Source: Epithemia pelagica
Taxonomy: Eukaryota > Protista > Bacillariophyta
Length of the DNA stretch: 64,000 nt
NCBI GenBank assembly: GCA_946965045.2
Contig: OX337240.1
Location: 2,852,001-2,916,000 of the forward strand
Direction: 5' to 3'
Position numbers and translations under genes: made by a program. This document shows positions 57,512 to 64,000 of this stretch, one piece after another; positions within the stretch are counted from its first letter, which is position 1, and the number at the start of each line of letters is the position of its first letter. The notes beneath the pieces are model-generated. The model made no database searches and had not been told where the DNA came from. It was given only the letters and a program-made list of their open reading frames with translations.

Positions 57512-59811
57512 TCAGTCTTCGCTGTCCCACTTTTGCTTGTTGTATCCAAGCATACCTGCGGCTTCTTTTTGTTCTGGATCCAAATCATCCCAAGCAAATT
57601 CCGTTGATGGTGGCACCTCGTTAGCGTTCCACATTTTCTTGCTGTATCCCAGGAGCGAGGCGCCGGAGCGCACTGTGCAGAACAAGACAACGAAAAATGA
57701 TAAGCATTCAAGGACTATTTGTCTCCTCCAACAAACAATCAAGTCATCTTACCGTGTTCGGGGAGTTCGTCCCAGTCAAAGTCGTCGTATGCTTCTTCAT
57801 GAATAGTGGAAGACAGGGGTTCCGCTCCTTCTGCCAATCCTGCTCCTTTGTTCGTTTCTTTTATCACATTGGCGGAAAGTTGTTCCCAATCCGATCGCAT
57901 CAACATGGATGCAATGAGAGATCCCGAACAGGCGTAGCCGACCACAACAGAGCCCACCTTGGTTTGAAGATCAAAGTTGAGCACCAAGGCAAATATGGAG
58001 GCCAAAGGAATTGTCACTCCCCAGCTCCCAATTAATCCCAAGGCTGTTGCGAGTGCGTAGCGACCTTGCGCTCCCAAAATCGACCAGCACATGGAGCCAA
58101 ACATTAATGCTATGTTCCCCACACCCACCAAAGGAAATAGATCAGTCAATATAGTTTGCAAGGTTTCATCCGTGGTGAAAAAGCGTGTTAGGATATCTTT
58201 CATGGCAATAATTGGAAGGGAAAAGATAAGGGAAAAGAGGGTTCCGAGGTAGAGGGATTTGTTCCCCATGCTTCGGGCCCGGTAGGGTTGGCCGGAACCC
58301 ATCATTTTGCCAACCTTGACTTCAGCCGCATCGGCAATGGCCAAGGAGATTTCTTCAATGGCCTCCCAGAACCATCCCAACAATCCCCAGGCCGAGACTT
58401 AGGCAGGACCCATAAATCCAGCCAACACGGTCAACACTTCCCATTCTCCCGTGGTCATGACAAATCCAATCGAGATGGGAAGCGATGTCTTGAAAAAGAT
58501 GCGGAGGGCTTGTGTGTTGGAGGGAGCAAAGTTGCCAATCATTCCACCACAATAATCCTTGAGCCAACCCTTGTCCACTAAAATGGCCACAAAAATCACG
58601 GTCGACACCACGTCCACTGCCAAACCCAAGAGGGCTATATCTTGTAGACCGGGATTGCTATATTTGGCATAGAGAAAGGTGGAGACAAATGTCACAATCC
58701 CTTCCGAGATTGTGAAACACGCCGTAAACACTTCATGTTCAACAACTTCCAGAATATGGTCCAATCCCGTCCGATATACTTTAAAGAGATAGGAAACAAA
58801 CTCCACTTGAGCGTAGCTCAGGCCAATGTCGGCCACTTCTTGTTCAAAGCCAAACAAGAAGATAATGTCTTCCAAAAAGAACCATAAAATGACCCCCGTG
58901 GGCAACAGGAGGGCTTGGTAAAAGACAACTCCAATTTGTACATATTGACCCGCGAGGTAATGTTTCTGCGCCCCCGCGGCATGGCTGCACAGCGTAAACA
59001 AGGACGTCAAGGCCCCTTGCATAAACATGGTGGCCAAGGAAAGGACAGTGTCTACAATAAATAACGCCGAGAGCTCTTCGGTTCCCACCAAACGACCAAT
59101 AATGGCCACTTCCATCAACTGTAAGACCTGAACGACAAAGGTATGAATGGTAAAGGGCAAGGCGAGCTTGACAATACCTCGTGTATCGCCGTCGCACTTG
59201 TAAAACTTGTATTGCTTCCAGGAAGATACCGTAAGGGTACGTCGATCAACACAGGAGGAGGATGCCTTACAGTGGTTGTAGTCCACTGTTTCTGGTTCGT
59301 CAGCTGGGCCACCTTTGGATGAAACCGAAGAGAAACTGTGGTCCGTCGTCGGCGGCCTGTTGTGGTCGGCCGTTGACCTGCTCGAGAACGACATATTGTC
59401 GTTGTCGTCATCATCATCTCCATCATGATTCATGTGCAGAAGGGCTTGGACGACTTGTCCCCCTCCTTGAATTCTTCGGACATCACGCGCTTTAGGATGC
59501 CACAACTCCTTGGTGGCCACATATTCTGTCATGGCCTCTTCCAAGTAGGCCATACCGGTAAAATTCCCCTTGGACGAATTGGAAACGGATCCATCGTCCA
59601 CGTGCTTCTTCTTAGTGTTTTGGTGGCGTAGCAGACTTTTCACCGAGCGATTGCTATTGCTGGTGGTTACCGATCCTTCGTCATGGTCTTGTACATGCTC
59701 CTCCAGTGTCCTCCATCTGGCCGTATTACCTACCAATCCATCCTCCTCCTCCAAGCCACTGGATTGTCGCAAAAAGACATTTTCATGTTCTTGATGGTCC
59801 TCCTCCTCCAC
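57512..59811 (-). pseudogene. MATE-family transporter with in-frame TAA (58399-58401) and C-terminal W..L....A..LGY....W repeats; intron 57673-57752
   Basis: KLALPFT...VAIIGRLVGTEELSA, GAQKHYLAG, PISIGFVMTTGEWEVLTVLAGFMGPA*VSAW, ILGAQGRY; frames continuous through the stop. Confidence 0.85.
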
Positions 59812-60156
59812 ACAAAGCTACACGAAATTACACCCTCAAAGCCACCCCCGCTGGGGGGTAGTTCTTTGGGTTCTGTTTGTACACTACTCCCCGAAGTGGT
59901 GAACACGAAGTGTCAGGTGTTGTTACATATGACAGAATCCGAACCGCTTGGAAAGAACCAATCAAGAAAGATCCTACTATGACGTCGTCTGACGTGACCA
60001 AATAACCGTCTCGTCGTATGGCATTGACGAATCGCTGACAAATGAAAGAAAGTCATGGAAGCCTCGATTTACCTCCGCCCAACTTTTAGTAGTGATCAGA
60101 CACGACGAGAAATGTTCAGAATTGGTTGAAAAAGTGGAACATGGAGCTGAACGATG

Positions 60157-60207
60157 ACCTACCTACCTATCTACCTATCTACCTATCTACCTACCTAAAT
60201 ACCTACC
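60157..60207 (+). repeat. Imperfect (CTAC/CTAT)n microsatellite
   Basis: CCTACCTACCTATCTACCTATCTACCTATCTACCTACC run. Confidence 0.8.
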
Positions 60208-60608
60208 ACCCGTTCTCGATGATAACAATACAAGTAATGACAACGACCCCCTTGTACCAGTGATGACGACGCGTACGAGCCCGAGCCCGAGCAACAATAG
60301 GACAAGCCAACCTCGCCAAACACTGCAACAGGTGAAAAGGCAAGCAACAAGGGAAAGGGAGGAAAGGGGCGCGATAAGCCTATTGTAAATGCTTTGTCAT
60401 CAAAGGTGAGGACGGCAAAACTTGGAGCTACCCTCCGTCATCCGAGAATTCAAGCGCCATGACGACAATTCTTTATCATTTCCATTACCATTACATGTTT
60501 AATCATCTACATGGTTATTTCATCATTCTATTGTGTTGTTGTTACGGGTATCCCGGCTCGTCACCATTGACTCCATTTCGTCTATTTGGGCAGTGATTCG
60601 TCAAGTCA

Positions 60609-60648
60609 GTGACGCGTCACGTCACGAAGAGGGTCCGTGACGTGACGC
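60609..60648. promoter_or_regulatory. TGACG-rich inverted repeat (13-bp stem, 9-nt spacer); candidate bZIP site cluster
   Basis: GCGTCACGTCACG-AAGAGGGTC-CGTGACGTGACGC; related sequence at 55954-55989. Confidence 0.45.
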
Positions 60649-60715
60649 AGTAGCAACCTTGCACATCATCTATTAGAGCCCACCTACAAAAGACGCTTGA
60701 AAAGACGCGATCTTA

Positions 60716-61164
60716 GGCCGTTCCTCGAGCACGACAAAACCAATTTGAGAACGTGACATCTTGGAGAATTTTCACATTGTCCATCCTCGAGCAAAACCAA
60801 AACCAAAACAAGAGCCCGCGCCTAGGTCCCCAACACTCCCCAAAAGTACTCTGTGGAATTGAATAAGAATACTATTCGAAAGTTGGAATACTTCATTAGG
60901 GATTGGGGGACCGTTGGAGTCGAACGCGCGCCGCTGAAGTCCAGAACGCGCGCTGGAAGTTTCTGTATCCCATATGTACACTAGAATAAAGATAACACAA
61001 TCCCTAATGCTATTTCAGGATTTGTCGGCCGACAAATCCTGAGCTTTGGATTTGTCGGAATGGAGGGCCGACAAAAACTGTGCAGTGAAATATGACGTCA
61101 AGATGATGTAAATTGATGACGTGTCACGTTTTCAGATTGGTTTTGTCGTGCTCGAGGAACAGCC
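60716..61164. mobile_element. PIF/Harbinger (Tourist-like) MITE, 449 bp
   Basis: About 42-bp TIRs GGC(C/T)GTTCCTCGAGCACGACAAAACCAAT(T/C)TGA(G/A)AACGTGACA; TTA duplication at 60713-15 and 61165-67. Confidence 0.85.
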
Positions 61165-61216
61165 TTAGGCATGTGCTGGAATCTGGAAAACCGAACCATG
61201 AGATCATGAGAGGAGT

Positions 61217-62117
61217 GAAATGAGGGACTTTCATGACAGACGTTCGGAGAAACTTTCAAAAATTAGACTGACATTCGGACAGACCATCCAGTGACCGTCG
61301 ATGTCTCCATTACTCTTCCATATTGACTCTTCTTAAAGAAAATGACCCTAGTTGTCTTGTCAGTGCCACTTCAGCTGCATTCCCAAGTTTAACCCTATCC
61401 CTAAAAACGAAAGTTTCCCCGAATGTCTCTCATTTCGCTATAAAGGCCTGAAAAAGTCAAGTGAAAGACTTTCGGATAGCTTTTTGAGAGACGTTCGGAG
61501 TTTTAGGATAGCTTTTTGAGAGACTTTCGGGAAAACTTTTGATCCCCGTACACTACTATATAATGAACCCAACCAGCAACGAATTGTGGGCACAATACTA
61601 CTTACGAGCTCCACCGGACTGACATTGTTACAGCAGTAGCCCGTGCTTTTCAAGGCCTCCACTGTTTTCTCTATAGTGATTCTATTTTCGTAGGAAGACC
61701 ACTACGGTCATTTTGCACTGCATAACACCACAATGGCACACTCAAGCCGGTGTGCACCTCCAACGAAAGGTCCTAGCACTCCTCCGACCATCAAGGAGTC
61801 TTCAGAATCAAGTGTACCGTGATGGGTGAAAAGGGCGGCATTGAGTTGGCGAGTTTGATCGACCTACAAGAACATTTGGAAAGACTTCCACTTTGGGGGT
61901 GGAAGGTCGCGACGAGATGATCGTCATTGGAGATGAATTATGATGGAACGAACGAAGATTGCAGGGAGGGACGACAATGGATGCTTTGGTATGGATGGAT
62001 GAGGCGTAGGAGAGCAACGGCAAGGACACACGGCAATCAACTGGAGGATTTCGAAGCAACCAAAAAGCTATTTATCCGAAAGTCCTTCTATATGTTCCTC
62101 TAAAAGTCCCTCATTTC
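61217..62117. mobile_element. Putative non-autonomous TIR element with subterminal repeats
   Basis: 15-bp perfect inverted repeat GAAATGAGGGACTTT (61217-31 / 62103-17); GACTTTCGGATAGCTTTTT-type repeats at 61467-61530 and inverted at 62062-84; no TSD identified. Confidence 0.4.
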
Positions 62118-62210
62118 CCTATTCCCTGAGATCATTCACCATCGACCACAACCAAAAAGAGCAAACAGCGTCAGCTACAACCCTTGGATACAACAAAGCC
62201 GTATCGCGTC

Positions 62211-64000
62211 ATGAGCAATAAGAACAAGAATGGCCGCTTACCAGCAGACAGGAATACGACAACGACGAACAAGAGATGTGTCGTCCACAACAACAGCAGT
62301 GGTGGTTTCACTGCAATTCGTCTGACTTGGAAACGGATCTTTTGGCATTTCGCGCTAGCAACGGTCGTGCCATTCGCCCTTGCGATTGTGTTGCGCCGAG
62401 AAACAAGTCTTTTTGCTTCTCCGAATGACAATACTGCTACCCACCCAAGCTTTGTTGGACGGGCGAAACAAGAAAAGGTTTGTCGACGACAGGTGGGAAG
62501 GAACAGTCTCGATAATACACGGCAAAGGAAAAACAAGACGCAGTCTTCTTCTTCCTTGGAAGTCTATCACGAAACACTGGTTCATCCGGCCTTGCTGTCG
62601 CACAAGTTTCCTCAGCAGGTGGCCCTGGTGGTTGCCAGTCGGATCAGCAGTGACATGTCGGTGGTCCATCATGTCTTGAAACACACGACCGTCCAACACT
62701 GTCATGTGCTGCACTTGGTTCACCATGAGGAGAATGAGAAGGACGCTTCGTCCTTGACGTGGAAGGACGATCCACGAGTGCATTGGACGACGGTAACGAA
62801 TCTAGAGGCCGCTCGGACATGGTTCCTCGATCGCTGGGGTGCACCGAATGACGATGCAGAAGAAGAAGAAGAGGAAACAATAAAGAAAAAACTGGATGTC
62901 ATTCTTTTGGATACCCTACTGTAAGTACATGAGCAGGACTGAGAGAATGTTTTGCAGCAGTGCCATGCATTCTGCTGGTTCTTTCACAAGAACTGCTCAC
63001 GAAAGCATTTCTCTGCCGCACCTTTTTCTTGCAGAGACATGGATACACCATATAACTTGTTCTCTCATCCCATGTTACGTGACCAATCCTTTCTGGATGC
63101 TATGGCTTTGGCACTCTCTCCGACGGGCGTGTTGGTAGCCCATGTTGGAGCAGTTACAGCCGCGACACCACCATCAATAATAACAACAGGCGGTGTGGAT
63201 TCTTATCCCCTCGAACGCTTTACGAGTATCTGGACCGATTCCGAGGCTACAAGAATGGTAGCCTATTCCGAATCGATTATCCTTGGTGGTCACCGCTCGG
63301 ATCACCAAGTCCACGAATTTCGTATCGTCTTTATGGATAATGATGCCATGCTGGCCAAATGGTATGCCGAGGCCTCCTCCATTCAGGTCGAACTGACCAA
63401 GAGGATTTCAAGTTCTGGTGGTGGACCACCAGCTGCACAACCACTGCGGTTTCTAGACGGAGCCACTCAACAAATCTATCATTTCCCCAGCCGCATGCAA
63501 GAAAACCATTATTGTCAAACGACGACACAAAAATCACCGCATTGTACCGTCGTTCGAGGGTTTGACCCCGATGTGCCCAATTTACCCGTTTCAGCTCTGG
63601 AATTTGGTACCAGTCGCGTGGCCAATGCCGGAAGGGGCGTCTTTTTCAAACAAGCCTTTGCCAAGGGAACCTACTTTACCATCGAAGAGGCAGTCCATAC
63701 TATGTTTGTCAAGCCCATGACGACTAAAATTATTCAAGATTTATGGAAATTGATACCAGCCAAGTGGAAAGCCTTGGGCAATTACTTGGATGGCTACGGA
63801 TTCATGGACGATTTTTGGGGTCTGGAAGCATATATGGTCGATCCAGGCATTACCACCTTTGCCAATCATGGATGCAATGGGACCAACAATATTGGATTAG
63901 CTACAAACTTTACCGAACTTACGGCCACTGTAGAGGAAATTACCACCTTGCTTCTGCCGTTCCAGTACCTCTTTGATCCTGCCGGGGATCGGTCCCACTT
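62211..64000 (+). CDS. Membrane-anchored degenerate aminopropyltransferase - SET fusion (3' end beyond the window); exons 62211-62920 and 63035-end
   Basis: TM segment IFWHFALATVVPFALAIVL; YHETLVHPALL, LDVILLDT. Intron 62921-63034 is at the same site as intron 2 of the 53-kb paralogue. Exon 2 is open to the edge with LRFLDGAT, GFDPDVPN, NAGRGVFF, TTFANHGCNG. Confidence 0.85.

Noticed and set aside
1018-58401. Alternative genetic code or stop-codon reassignment explaining the many in-frame stops
   Set aside because: All three stop types occur internally, intact genes terminate normally with TAA or TAG, and long conserved genes contain none; frameshifts co-occur in some of the same genes.
61460-61530. 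CRISPR-like direct repeats
   Set aside because: Only two 19-bp copies, irregular spacing, eukaryotic context and no cas genes; better explained as transposon subterminal repeats.
38760-64000. Bacterial contamination or recent horizontal transfer of speD/speE-like genes
   Set aside because: Genes have GT-AG introns at shared positions, N-terminal anchors and host-like low-complexity tracts; the bacterial ancestry of diatom AdoMetDC-APT fusions is old and already known.

Overview
Eukaryotic nuclear DNA, most likely a pennate diatom. This is inferred from short GT-AG introns, signal-plus-transit plastid presequences with ASAF-like motifs, AdoMetDC-aminopropyltransferase-SET fusions and poly-N/T/Q low-complexity proteins. 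Intact conserved genes are Got1, plastid NusG with a SAP domain, rhomboid, an RbgA/YlqF GTPase and a fibrillin-like protein. Mobile DNA comprises a full-length APE-RT-RNaseH non-LTR retrotransposon (3.8-12 kb, two nonsense codons, candidate TSD), an intact Ty3/Gypsy LTR element with identical 213-bp LTRs and a 5-bp TSD (31.7-37.4 kb), a Stowaway-like MITE, a PIF/Harbinger-like MITE and one more putative TIR element. The most notable content is (i) three paralogous polyamine aminopropyltransferase fusion genes with three different domain architectures (AdoMetDC-APT; AdoMetDC-APT-SET; degenerate APT-SET) within 25 kb, together with a MATE transporter and shared upstream motifs, suggesting a long-chain-polyamine gene cluster; (ii) a stand-alone Dicer/RIG-I-type helicase-dsRBD gene with no RNase III; and (iii) a disrupted Trp-rich LRR-TIR gene. 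About ten in-frame stops are concentrated in accessory genes and the non-LTR element. All domain calls are from motif recognition by eye; no searches were run.
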